Source: an uncultured beta proteobacterium (GTDB lineage: Bacteria; Pseudomonadota; Gammaproteobacteria; Burkholderiales; JACQAP01). Taken from it: a stretch of 64,000 bases of DNA. Below, in pieces: positions 9,409 to 18,793 of this stretch. Each line of letters begins with the position of its first letter. Position 1 is the first letter of the stretch. The notes beneath the pieces were generated by a model. It did not search any database. It saw only the letters and a program-made list of their open reading frames with translations, and was not told the origin of the DNA. Both the position numbers and the translations under genes were made by a program. The stretch lies in NCBI GenBank assembly GCA_963695915.1, contig CAVOIO010000034.1, positions 15,654 to 79,653 on the forward strand. The letters are read 5' to 3'.

Positions 9409-12400
9409 ATGACCGATCTCAGCGTACGCACCGCCGATCAAGACAAGCAGGCGAAGAACAAGGTGCGCTTCATCACCGCCGCCAGCCTGTTCGACGGCCA
9501 CGACGCCTCGATCAACATCATGCGCCGCATCCTGCAGGCGAGCGGCGTCGAAGTCATACACCTCGGCCACAATCGTTCGGTGGACGAGATCGTCACCGCC
9601 GCGATTCAGGAAGACGTGCAGGGCATCGCCGTGTCCTCGTACCAGGGCGGACATGTGGAATACTTCAAGTACGCCATCGACCTGCTGCGCGAACGTGGCG
9701 CGAAGGACATCAAGGTGTTCGGCGGCGGCGGCGGGGTGATCGTTCCGGCCGAGATCGACGAACTGCACGGCTACGGCGTGGCGCGCATTTACTCCCCGGA
9801 GGACGGCGCGCGCATGGGTCTGCAGGGAATGATCACGGACATGATCCGCACCGCGGACCGCAACCTCTCCGCAGAGTTGCCGGCGAGCCTCGATGAAGTC
9901 TTCCGCGGCAATTTGCGCGAACTGGCGCGCGTCATCACCGGGCTCGAAAGCGCGACGCTGCCGGAGCCGCTGCGCCAGAAGCTGGCGAAGCGCGCGGCGG
10001 AACATGACAGCGTGCCGGTGCTCGGCATCACCGGGACCGGCGGCTCGGGCAAGTCGTCGCTCACCGACGAACTGATCCGCCGCTTCCGCATCGACCAGGA
10101 CGATGCGCTCAAGATCGCCGTGATTGCCGTAGATCCGTCGCGGCGCAAGACCGGCGGCGCGCTCTTGGGCGACCGCATCCGCATGAATGCGATCAACCAT
10201 CCGAACATCTACATGCGCTCGCTCGCCACCCGGGATGCGGGCAGCGAAATCGCCGCGTGCCTGCCGGACGTAATCGCCGCCTGCAAGTGCGCCGGCTTCG
10301 ACCTGATAATGGTGGAGACTTCCGGCATCGGCCAGGGAGACGCGGCCATCGTCCCGCATGTGGATTTCTCGCTGTACGTGATGACGCCGGAGTTCGGCGC
10401 CGCCAGCCAGCTCGAGAAAATCGACATGCTCGACTTTGCCGACTTCGTCGCGATCAACAAGTTCGACCGCCGCGGCGCGCAGGATGCCCTGCGCGACGTG
10501 CGCAAGCAGGTGCAGCGCAATCGCGGCGCCTTCAAGGAGGCCGCCGAGGCGATGCCGGTATTCGGCACCATTGCCTCGCGGTTCAACGACGACGGCGTGA
10601 CCGCGCTCTATCAGGCAATCGTTGCCGAACTCAGGACCCGCGGGCTCAAGGCCGGCGACGGCAAGCTCAAGCCGACCACCGTAAAGGCTTCGTCGGGGCA
10701 GAACGTTATCGTTCCGCCGGCGCGCGTGCGCTATCTGGCGGAAATTGCCGAAACCGTGCGCGGCTATCACGCCGATGTGGCGAAGCAGACCGGGATTGCG
10801 CGCGAGCGGCAGCATCTGCGGGAAGCAAAGCGGATGCTCCACCTCTCCCCGGCCCTCTCCCCCGCAAGCGGCGGAGAGGGAGTAACGGCGGCGCTGGATG
10901 TGCTCATTGCTGAGCGAGAGAAGACGCTGAGTCCCGAGGCAAGAAAACTGCTGGACGAATGGCCGCAGGTGAAGCAGTCGTATTCAGGTGACGAGCAGGT
11001 CACGAAAACCCGCGATCGCGAGATCCGAACGGTGCTGACGACGACGTCGCTGTCCGGCACCAGGGTGCCGAAGGTGGCGCTGCCTAGGTTCGAGGACGAT
11101 GGCGAAGTCCTCAAATGGCTGATGCGGGAAAACCTGCCCGGCTATTTCCCGTACACGGCGGGCGTGTTCCCGTTCAAACGCGAGAACGAAGACCCGACCC
11201 GGATGTTCGCCGGCGAAGGCGATCCGTTCCGCACCAACGCACGTTTCAAATTTCTGTCCCGGGACATGCCGGCCAAGCGTCTGTCCACCGCGTTCGACTC
11301 GGTGACGCTGTATGGATTCGATCCCCACGAGCGCCCGGACATCTACGGCAAGGTCGGCAACTCCGGCGTGTCGATCGCAACGCTGGACGACATGAAGGTG
11401 CTGTATTCCGGCTTCGACCTATGCGACCCGGCGACTTCGGTGTCGATGACCATCAACGGCCCGGCACCGACCATTCTCGCGATGTTCATCAACACGGCGA
11501 TCGACCAGCAGATCGACAAGTTCGTGGTACAGCATGGCCGTCGACCGAACGAGCAGGAAACCGCGAAGATCCGCGCCTGGACGCAGGAGAATGTGCGCGG
11601 CACCGTGCAGGCCGACATCCTCAAGGAAGACCAGGGGCAGAACACCTGCATTTTCTCCACCGAATTTTCGCTCAAGGTCATGGGTGACATCCAGGAATAC
11701 TTCGTGCGAAACAGGGTGCGCAATTTCTATTCGGTGTCGATCTCCGGCTATCACATCGCCGAGGCGGGCGCGAATCCGATCTCGCAACTTGCCTTCACGC
11801 TGTCGAATGGCTTCACCTTCGTCGAGGCCTATCTGGCCCGCGGCATGAATATCGACGACTTCGCGCCGAACCTGTCGTTCTTCTTCTCTAACGGCATGGA
11901 CCCGGAATACACGGTTCTCGGGCGCGTGGCGCGGCGCATCTGGGCCACGGCGATGAAGAACAAGTACGGCGCCAACGATCGCAGCCAGAAGCTGAAGTAC
12001 CACGTACAGACTTCCGGCCGCTCTCTGCACGCGCAGGAGATCGCGTTCAATGATATCCGCACCACACTGCAGGCGCTGATCGCGGTCTACGACAACTGCA
12101 ATTCGCTGCATACCAACGCCTACGACGAGGCGATCACGACGCCGACTGCCGAATCCGTGCGGCGGGCGCTCGCCATCCAGCTTGTCATCAACCGCGAGTG
12201 GGGCCTGGCGAGGAACGAGAATCCGAACCAGGGTTCGTTCATCATCGACGAACTGACCGATCTAGTGGAAGAAGCGGTACTGCAGGAATTCGAGCGCATC
12301 TCCGAGCGCGGTGGCGTGCTCGGCGCAATGGAAACCGGGTACCAGCGCAGCAAGATCCAGGAAGAATCGATGTACTACGAGCACAAGAAGCATGACGGCT

Positions 12401-12696
12401 CCTATCCGATCATCGGCGTAAACACCTTTCGCAATCCGGATGCGACAGAGGCAGGCGGCAGCATTCCGCTGCAGCGTTCGACTGAGGAAGAGAAGCAGGG
12501 CCAGATACGCCGGCTGCGCGAGTTCCAGATGCGCAACGCCTCCGAGGCACCCGCCGCACTGGAGAAACTGGAGCACACCGTTATCAACAACGGTAACGTG
12601 TTCGCCGAGCTGGTGAACGCCGTTCGCTTCTGTTCGCTCGGCCAGATTACGGATGCGCTGTTCGAAGTCGGCGGCCAGTACCGCCGAAGTATGTAG
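9409..12696 (+). CDS. icmF: fused isobutyryl-CoA mutase IcmF (B12-binding domain + MeaB-like GTPase + mutase barrel)
   Basis: Intact 1095-aa ORF. N-terminal B12-binding domain ([15 protein letters not shown]). G-domain with [13 protein letters not shown] and NKFD. C-terminal methylmalonyl/isobutyryl-CoA mutase catalytic domain. Confidence 0.92.
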   Translation: MTDLSVRTADQDKQAKNKVRFITAASLFDGHDASINIMRRILQASGVEVIHLGHNRSVDEIVTAAIQEDVQGIAVSSYQGGHVEYFKYAIDLLRERGAKDIKVFGGGGGVIVPAEIDELHGYGVARIYSPEDGARMGLQGMITDMIRTADRNLSAELPASLDEVFRGNLRELARVITGLESATLPEPLRQKLAKRAAEHDSVPVLGITGTGGSGKSSLTDELIRRFRIDQDDALKIAVIAVDPSRRKTGGALLGDRIRMNAINHPNIYMRSLATRDAGSEIAACLPDVIAACKCAGFDLIMVETSGIGQGDAAIVPHVDFSLYVMTPEFGAASQLEKIDMLDFADFVAINKFDRRGAQDALRDVRKQVQRNRGAFKEAAEAMPVFGTIASRFNDDGVTALYQAIVAELRTRGLKAGDGKLKPTTVKASSGQNVIVPPARVRYLAEIAETVRGYHADVAKQTGIARERQHLREAKRMLHLSPALSPASGGEGVTAALDVLIAEREKTLSPEARKLLDEWPQVKQSYSGDEQVTKTRDREIRTVLTTTSLSGTRVPKVALPRFEDDGEVLKWLMRENLPGYFPYTAGVFPFKRENEDPTRMFAGEGDPFRTNARFKFLSRDMPAKRLSTAFDSVTLYGFDPHERPDIYGKVGNSGVSIATLDDMKVLYSGFDLCDPATSVSMTINGPAPTILAMFINTAIDQQIDKFVVQHGRRPNEQETAKIRAWTQENVRGTVQADILKEDQGQNTCIFSTEFSLKVMGDIQEYFVRNRVRNFYSVSISGYHIAEAGANPISQLAFTLSNGFTFVEAYLARGMNIDDFAPNLSFFFSNGMDPEYTVLGRVARRIWATAMKNKYGANDRSQKLKYHVQTSGRSLHAQEIAFNDIRTTLQALIAVYDNCNSLHTNAYDEAITTPTAESVRRALAIQLVINREWGLARNENPNQGSFIIDELTDLVEEAVLQEFERISERGGVLGAMETGYQRSKIQEESMYYEHKKHDGSYPIIGVNTFRNPDATEAGGSIPLQRSTEEEKQGQIRRLREFQMRNASEAPAALEKLEHTVINNGNVFAELVNAVRFCSLGQITDALFEVGGQYRRSM
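10842..10882. repeat. REP-like palindrome embedded in frame in the icmF interdomain linker
   Basis: cctctccccggccctctccccc gcaagc ggcggagagggag encodes ..[14 protein letters not shown]... The same ccctctcc/ggagaggg motif type occurs intergenically at 20162-20192. Confidence 0.5.
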
Positions 12697-12744
12697 CGCA
12701 GGCCTGCCCGCCTGATGTCCTTAACCTCAACGGAGAATTAGAAG

Positions 12745-13068
12745 ATGGCCGACTTCAATCTCGATCACCTGAACATGCCGGCACGCGATCCGGAAGGACT
12801 GGCGCGCTGGTATGCGCAGACCTTCGGACTGAAGGCGGATGGGCATCGCGTGCGCGGGCCCGGAGTTCTGATCGCCTTCCAGGCGGGGGAACCGGTCAGG
12901 CGCGCGCCCGAGCTGCACATGGGGTTCCGCGTCCCGAGCATGAAGGTCCTCAACGAATGGGCGGGCAAGCTCGGCAAGCCGATCAAGAAAGGCGAGGAGT
13001 TCAATTCCTTCCAGACCTTCGATCCTGAAGACAATTGTCTCGAGATCTATTGCAAGGCAGACAGTTGA
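12745..13068 (+). CDS. VOC (glyoxalase/bleomycin-resistance/dioxygenase) family protein
   Basis: 107 aa. LDHLNMPARDPEGLARWY...HMGFRV...DPEDNCLEIY follows the betaalphabetabetabeta VOC pattern. GGAG lies before the ATG. Confidence 0.7.
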   Translation: MADFNLDHLNMPARDPEGLARWYAQTFGLKADGHRVRGPGVLIAFQAGEPVRRAPELHMGFRVPSMKVLNEWAGKLGKPIKKGEEFNSFQTFDPEDNCLEIYCKADS

Positions 13069-13098
13069 ACATGAGGAAATTCACCCTTCCGTACTATT

Positions 13099-13542
13099 AT
13101 GGAGTCGCGCCCGCAACTGGCGCTTTTGTGCTTGCGGCCAACGTTTATGGCTGAGCCCCGCCTCCGAATGCTCGCCATCGGTGCGCTCGCGGTCATTCAC
13201 GGCCTGGGCGCGCTCGGCGCACCCTTCGCCGCAGAACTCCATTTCGGTCAGGCTGGTGCGACCGCCCACCAGAACTTTCACGTGATTTGGGAGGCATTCA
13301 AGTACTTCGCCGCTTCGTCGGCATGCCTCGCGATTGCGCTCGGCCCGCTCCGCCGGGGCGAGCGCTGGGCGTGGTGGACCATGCTCGTCGCCTGCCTCTC
13401 GCTCTTCGGGGGCGTTTTCGTGGCGCACGCGCTGTCCGGGGGCGGGCCGGCTATCGATCACTGGTCCTACGGGACTTTCCTCGTAATTTCGATCGTTGCG
13501 CTCGCGGTGCTCGCCCGGGTTCCTCCCCGAGCGAACCGATAG
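13099..13542 (+). CDS. hypothetical small membrane protein (about 4 TM)
   Basis: The ORF has hydrophobic segments (LAIGALAVIHGLGALGA, WWTMLVACLSLFGGVFVA, FLVISIVALAVLA). I recognise no family. The start could be the internal Met at 13150. Confidence 0.4.
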   Translation: MESRPQLALLCLRPTFMAEPRLRMLAIGALAVIHGLGALGAPFAAELHFGQAGATAHQNFHVIWEAFKYFAASSACLAIALGPLRRGERWAWWTMLVACLSLFGGVFVAHALSGGGPAIDHWSYGTFLVISIVALAVLARVPPRANR

Positions 13543-13675
13543 GATTAAACCCCCGCCAGATTGCGCATTCCATTCAGCGCTATAGCGGTAGAACATTCTC
13601 ATAGTAAGCTCTGAAAAAATCGGCGCGATCCCCTGCTGATCCGTCGACGCCGTATCCACCCATGGAGGAGACCTC

Positions 13676-15646
13676 TTGGCGCAGTCCACATCCGCCTCAT
13701 CGCTGGCGGCCGACACTTTTCCGAAGCTGCTGTTGCAGCATGCCGGTGTTCGGCCCGACCGAGTGGCCATCCGAGAGAAAGACCTCGGCATCTGGCAGAG
13801 CTGGTGTTGGTCGCAAGTCGCCGACGAGGTCCGCGCGCTCGCCTGCGGCCTGGCCACCCAGGGTTTCAGGCGCGGCATGAACCTCGCCATCATCGGCGAC
13901 AACCGGCCGCGGCTTTACTGGTCGTTCGCCGCCGCCCAGTCCCTGGGCGGCGTGCCGGTACCGTTGTACCAGGATTCGGTTGCGCAGGAGATGCTGTACG
14001 TGCTCGAGAACGCCGAAATCGAGTACGCCATCGTCGAGGACCAGGAGCAGGTGGACAAGCTGCTCGAGATCCTGCCGCATTACCCGATGCTCAAGCACAT
14101 CTACTACGACGCCCCCCGCGGGCTGCGCAATTACACCCAGCCGCAACTGATGCCTTATGACCGGCTGCGGGAGCTCGGGATCGAGCATCACCGTCAGAAC
14201 CCCGATTTCTTCACGAACTCCATCAACCAGATTCGGCCCGAGGACGTGTGCGTCATTCTCTATACCTCCGGCACGACCAGCAAACCCAAGGGGGTGTGCC
14301 TCACGCATGCCGCATTCATTGCCGCGGCTCGCGGTGATGTCGGTTTTGACGGCTTCACCGAGCGCGACGAGGTGCTCTCATACCTGCCGATGGCCTGGGT
14401 CGGGGATCATCTGTTCTCCTATGCACAGTCGCTGGTCGCCGGCTTCACTGTCAATTGCCCGGAATCTTCCGAGACGGTGATGACCGACCTGCGCGAAATC
14501 GGTCCGACATATTATTTCGCGCCGCCCCGGGTATTCGAGAACCTGCTGACGACGGTGATGATCCGCATCGACGACGCTAGCCGGATCAAGCGCCGCCTGT
14601 TCCACTACTTCATGGCTGTAGCGCGCCGCTGCGGAGCGGAGATCATGGATGGCAAACGGGTTTCGCCGTTCGACCGACTGTTGTATTGGCTCGGCGATCT
14701 GTTGATCTATGGGCCTTTGCGAAACGTGCTCGGTATGAGCCGTATCCGGGTAGCCTATACTGGCGGCGCCGCAATCGGGCCCGACCTGTACCGCTTCTAT
14801 CGCTCCATCGGCATCAACCTCAAGCAGCTCTACGGTCAGACCGAGACCAGCGTCTACGTTTGCAAGCAGCCGAATGGCGCCGCCAAACTCGATTCGGTCG
14901 GCCGGCCGTTGCCAGGGGTGCAGATCAAAATCGCCGAAAACGGCGAAGTCATGGTAAGAACGCCCGGCATGCTCAAGGAGTACTACAAGCGCCCGGACGC
15001 GACCGCGGAGTCCATCTCTCCCGACGGATACTTCATGACGGGCGACGCAGGCTTCTTCGATGCCGACGGCGACCTGAAGATTATCGACCGCGCCAAGGAT
15101 GTCGGAAAACTCGCAGACGGGTCGCTGTTCGCGCCGCAGTTCATCGAGAACAAGCTCAAGTTTTTCCCCTACGTCAAGGAGGCGGTTTGTTTCGGCGACC
15201 AGCGCGAGATGGTCTGCGCCTTTGTCAACATCGACATGCAGGCGGTGGGCAATTGGGCCGAGAAGCGCCACCTGCCCTATAGCGGATACGTCGATCTCGC
15301 CAGCAAGCTCGAGGTCTACGACCTGATCCAGCAATGCGTCGAGCAGGTCAATGCCGACCTTGCCAAGGAGCCGCACCTGGCCGGCTCGCAGATCCATCGC
15401 TTCCTGGTGTTGCACAAAGAGCTCGATCCGGACGATGACGAGCTCACACGCACCCGCAAGGTGCGCCGCAGCTTTGTCGCGCAAAAGTACGACGTACTGG
15501 TGGATGCGCTCTTCGACGGCAAGGCCTCGCAGTTCATCAGCACGCAAGTCAAGTTCGAGGACGGCCGCACCGGCAAAATCGACGCCGATGTAAGAATCCG
15601 CGACGCCGCCACTTCCTCGGCCGCGGCACGACGCATCAGCGCCTGA
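13676..15646 (+). CDS. AMP-dependent synthetase/ligase (long-chain acyl-CoA synthetase-like), first gene of the ABC operon
   Basis: GGAGGAG lies 6 nt before TTG 13676. AMP-binding motif ILYTSGTTSKPKGV, then YGQTETS and TGDAGFFDADGDLKIIDRAKD. 656 aa, intact. Confidence 0.85.
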   Translation: MAQSTSASSLAADTFPKLLLQHAGVRPDRVAIREKDLGIWQSWCWSQVADEVRALACGLATQGFRRGMNLAIIGDNRPRLYWSFAAAQSLGGVPVPLYQDSVAQEMLYVLENAEIEYAIVEDQEQVDKLLEILPHYPMLKHIYYDAPRGLRNYTQPQLMPYDRLRELGIEHHRQNPDFFTNSINQIRPEDVCVILYTSGTTSKPKGVCLTHAAFIAAARGDVGFDGFTERDEVLSYLPMAWVGDHLFSYAQSLVAGFTVNCPESSETVMTDLREIGPTYYFAPPRVFENLLTTVMIRIDDASRIKRRLFHYFMAVARRCGAEIMDGKRVSPFDRLLYWLGDLLIYGPLRNVLGMSRIRVAYTGGAAIGPDLYRFYRSIGINLKQLYGQTETSVYVCKQPNGAAKLDSVGRPLPGVQIKIAENGEVMVRTPGMLKEYYKRPDATAESISPDGYFMTGDAGFFDADGDLKIIDRAKDVGKLADGSLFAPQFIENKLKFFPYVKEAVCFGDQREMVCAFVNIDMQAVGNWAEKRHLPYSGYVDLASKLEVYDLIQQCVEQVNADLAKEPHLAGSQIHRFLVLHKELDPDDDELTRTRKVRRSFVAQKYDVLVDALFDGKASQFISTQVKFEDGRTGKIDADVRIRDAATSSAAARRISA

Positions 15647-15648
15647 CC

Positions 15649-16446
15649 GTGAACACGAACCCGGCGGACCGGCGTATCGGCGAGGTGATCCTGAAGATGG
15701 AGAACATCTCGCTCGCCTTCGGCGGCGTCAAGGCGCTCAGCGAGGTGAGTTTCGACGTGCGCGAACACGAGATCCGCGCCATTATCGGGCCCAACGGCGC
15801 CGGCAAGAGTTCGCTGCTCAACGTCATCAACGGGGTCTACCACCCTAACGAGGGCACCGTGACCTACAAGGGCAATACCCGCCGGCAGATGCGCCCCTAC
15901 GAGGCGGCGAGCCAGGGAATCGCACGCACCTTTCAGAACATCGCGCTGTTCAAGGGGATGACGGTGCTGGACAACATCATGACCGGGCGAACTCTGAAGA
16001 TGCATGCCGGCTTCCTGTCTCAGTGCCTGTATTTCGGCAGCGCGCAGCGTGAGGAATTGGAGCACCGCGAGAAAGTTGAGCAGATCATCGATTTTCTGCA
16101 GATCGAGTCGATTCGCAAGACGCCGGTGGGGCGACTGCCCTACGGCCTGCAGAAACGGGTCGAACTCGGCCGCGCGCTGGCAGCGGAACCGGAGCTGCTG
16201 CTGCTCGACGAGCCGATGGCCGGCATGAATGTGGAGGAAAAGCAGGACATGAGCCGCTTCATCCTCGACGTCAACGACGAATTCGGCACCACCATTGTTC
16301 TCATCGAGCACGACATGGGCGTGGTGATGGATCTGTCGGACCGCGTGGTGGTGCTCGACTACGGCCGCAAGATCGGCGACGGTTCGCCGGACGAGGTCCG
16401 CGCCAAGCAGGCCGTGATCGACGCCTATCTGGGCGTAGCCCATTGA
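15649..16446 (+). CDS. branched-chain-amino-acid-type ABC transporter ATP-binding protein (LivG-like)
   Basis: Walker A GPNGAGKSS, signature and Walker B LLLLDEPMAGM. GTG lies 2 nt after the upstream stop. The alternative start is ATG 15694. Confidence 0.9.
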   Translation: MNTNPADRRIGEVILKMENISLAFGGVKALSEVSFDVREHEIRAIIGPNGAGKSSLLNVINGVYHPNEGTVTYKGNTRRQMRPYEAASQGIARTFQNIALFKGMTVLDNIMTGRTLKMHAGFLSQCLYFGSAQREELEHREKVEQIIDFLQIESIRKTPVGRLPYGLQKRVELGRALAAEPELLLLDEPMAGMNVEEKQDMSRFILDVNDEFGTTIVLIEHDMGVVMDLSDRVVVLDYGRKIGDGSPDEVRAKQAVIDAYLGVAH

Positions 16447-16453
16447 TGAACTC

Positions 16454-16584
16454 GGTGAGGGGTGAGGTGGGAGGAGTGAGGGGAAATGCTTTTACCCATT
16501 TCGCTGCGACCTCGGCCAAATTTGTCGCTGACGCAATCAATATCGTGAGGATTTTCCTCACCCCTCACTCCTCACCCCTTACGC
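16454..16584. repeat. tandem-heptamer inverted-repeat element (GTGAGGG type)
   Basis: Left arm 16454-16483 ggtgaggggtgaggtgggaggagtgagggg begins 7 nt after the upstream stop. Right arm 16556-16584 cctcacccctcactcctcaccccttacgc ends 1-7 nt before the next start. The spacer is 72 nt and AT-richer. Confidence 0.8.
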
Positions 16585-16585
16585 A

Positions 16586-17503
16586 TTGACTATGTCTTTC
16601 TTCTTCGAAGTCCTTATCGGCGGGCTGATGGCGGGAGTTCTCTACTCGCTGGTGGCCTTGGGATTTGTGCTCATCTTCAAGGCGTCCGGCGTGTTCAATT
16701 TCGCCCAGGGCGCCATGGTGCTTTTCGCCGCTCTGACGCTGGTGCGGTTGATGGAAATTCTGAAAGGAACGTTTTCTCCATTCCTGCTGGCACTTGCGAT
16801 AACCATTGTCGTCATGATCGGACTTGCGCTGGTGATCGAGCGACTGGTGCTGCGGCCGCTGGTGAACCAGGCTGGCATCAGCCTGTTCATGGCGACAATC
16901 GGTATTTCCTATGTATTGGACGGTTTCGGGCAGGCGGTGTGGGGCAGCGACATTTACAAGCTCGATATCGGCATGCCCAAACGTTCGCTGACGTTGTTCG
17001 AGTCCGTATTCGAGGGCGGCGTATTGGTGCCCGGCGGGGACCTGGTCGCGACGCTGATCGCCGGTCTGCTGGTGGCGGGTCTGGCGATTTTTTTCCAGAA
17101 GACTCGCATTGGCCGGGCGCTGCGTGCGGTGGCAGACGACCACCAGGCCGCCCAGTCGGTCGGCATTCCGCTGAACTATATCTGGGTGATCGTGTGGACG
17201 GTGGCTGGGCTGGTCGCGCTGGTGGCCGGCATGGTGTGGGGTTCCAAGCTCGGCGTGCAGTTTTCGCTTGCGCTGGTCGCCCTGAAGGCGCTGCCGGTCC
17301 TTATTCTTGGCGGGTTCCAATCGATTCTTGGAGCCATTGTGGGCGGGCTCATCATCGGCGCCGGAGAAAAGCTTTCCGAGGTCTACCTGGGACCGCTGGT
17401 CGGCGGTGGTATCGAAAACTGGTTTGCCTACGTGCTGGCGTTGCTGTTCCTTCTCGTCCGGCCCGAGGGTCTGTTTGGCGAGAAGCACATTGATCGTGTT
17501 TGA
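16586..17503 (+). CDS. ABC transporter permease (LivH-like)
   Basis: 305 aa and polytopic. LYSLVALGFVLIFKASGVFNFAQGAMV is the typical LivH N-terminus. Start is TTG 16586 or ATG 16592. No SD. Confidence 0.9.
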   Translation: MTMSFFFEVLIGGLMAGVLYSLVALGFVLIFKASGVFNFAQGAMVLFAALTLVRLMEILKGTFSPFLLALAITIVVMIGLALVIERLVLRPLVNQAGISLFMATIGISYVLDGFGQAVWGSDIYKLDIGMPKRSLTLFESVFEGGVLVPGGDLVATLIAGLLVAGLAIFFQKTRIGRALRAVADDHQAAQSVGIPLNYIWVIVWTVAGLVALVAGMVWGSKLGVQFSLALVALKALPVLILGGFQSILGAIVGGLIIGAGEKLSEVYLGPLVGGGIENWFAYVLALLFLLVRPEGLFGEKHIDRV

Positions 17504-17508
17504 GAAAT

Positions 17509-17654
17509 GCGTGAGGGGTGAGGGGTGAGGGGTGAGGGGTAATTCGGTAGCCGATTTTCTTGCGGCGGGGTGGTCCGGACTTTGGAGCACCGGGCCGCTT
17601 TGTTTTTCCGTTTTGACTCCTCACCCCTCACCCCTCACCCCTCACACCTCACGC
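17509..17654. repeat. tandem-heptamer inverted-repeat element ((GTGAGGG)x4)
   Basis: Left arm 17509-17539 gcgtgaggggtgaggggtgaggggtgagggg begins 5 nt after the stop. Right arm 17619-17654 cctcacccctcacccctcacccctcacacctcacgc is its near-perfect reverse complement. The 79-nt spacer contains ggtccgg..ccgggcc followed by gctttgttttt. Confidence 0.85.
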
Positions 17655-17670
17655 CTTTAGGGTCTGACAA

Positions 17671-18735
17671 GTGTTTTACAGAGAAGCGGGACAATTCAAG
17701 TCTTCCTACGCGGCCGACCAAGCGGTGTTCCCGATCCTTCAGGATCGAGTATTCATCGCAATCTGGCTTGCGGTCGGTTTCATTCTGGTGCCGCTGCTCT
17801 CGAGCGAGTATCTGTTCCGCGCGATATTCATTCCGTTCCTGATCATGGCGCTTGCGGCACTCGGGCTGAACCTTCTGGTCGGCTACTGCGGGCAGCTTTC
17901 GCTCGGCACCGGCGGGTTTATGGCTGTGGGCGCCTACGCCGCCTACAACCTGTGCGTGCGCATCCCGGGCCTGAATCCGCTGGTGGCGTTTCTGCTCGCC
18001 GGCGGCGTAGCGACGCTGGTCGGCATCGTGTTCGGCATTCCCAGTCTGCGCATCAGGGGCTACTACCTGGCCGTGGCCACCCTGGCTGCGCAATTCTTCC
18101 TGGACTGGGTGTTCAGCCGGGTCGCATGGTTCACCAACAACTCACCATCGGGTTCCATCACCGCGCCGCCGTTAACGCTATTCAGCCTTACCTTCGAAAC
18201 CCCGGTCAGGAAGTACCTGCTGTGCCTTGCGATTCTGGTGTTGTTCGCGGTGGTAGCGAAGAATATCGTGCGCGGCCGCATCGGGCGCGTCTGGATGGCG
18301 ACGCGCGACATGGACGTAGCCGCGGAAATCATCGGCATCCGCCCCATGTATGCGAAACTTTCCGCATTCGCGGTGAGTTCATTCTTCATCGGCGTTGCGG
18401 GTGCGCTCTGGGCGTTCGTTCACCTGGGGTCATGGGAACCGCTCGCCTTCGACATCAATCGGTCATTCAGTATCCTTTTCATGGTCATCATCGGCGGGCT
18501 GGGTTCGATCCTGGGCAGTTTGCTCGGCGCGGCCTTCATTACCCTGTTGCCGCTATTGCTCAACCAGCTACCCCAATGGTTCGGCATCGCGATTTCAACG
18601 GCGATGATCTCGCACCTGGAATCGATGATCTTCGGGGCTCTGATCGTTTTTTTTCTAATCGTGGAACCGCTGGGATTGGCGCGGCTGTGGCGCATCGGCA
18701 AAGAAAAATTGCGCTTGTGGCCGTTCCCGTATTAA
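17671..18735 (+). CDS. ABC transporter permease (LivM-like)
   Basis: 354 aa and polytopic. LNLLVGYCGQLSLGTGGFMAVGAY is the LivM signature region. GTG start. Confidence 0.9.
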   Translation: MFYREAGQFKSSYAADQAVFPILQDRVFIAIWLAVGFILVPLLSSEYLFRAIFIPFLIMALAALGLNLLVGYCGQLSLGTGGFMAVGAYAAYNLCVRIPGLNPLVAFLLAGGVATLVGIVFGIPSLRIRGYYLAVATLAAQFFLDWVFSRVAWFTNNSPSGSITAPPLTLFSLTFETPVRKYLLCLAILVLFAVVAKNIVRGRIGRVWMATRDMDVAAEIIGIRPMYAKLSAFAVSSFFIGVAGALWAFVHLGSWEPLAFDINRSFSILFMVIIGGLGSILGSLLGAAFITLLPLLLNQLPQWFGIAISTAMISHLESMIFGALIVFFLIVEPLGLARLWRIGKEKLRLWPFPY

Positions 18736-18793
18736 CTTGACGAGGAAGCAAACCACAGCCGGCCGCGGCACCATCTAATAAGGAGGCAACATC

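Noticed and set aside
16454-17654. CRISPR array
   Set aside because: The repeat units are only 7-8 nt and directly tandem. There is no 25-40 nt repeat alternating with unique spacers, and no cas genes are present in the window.
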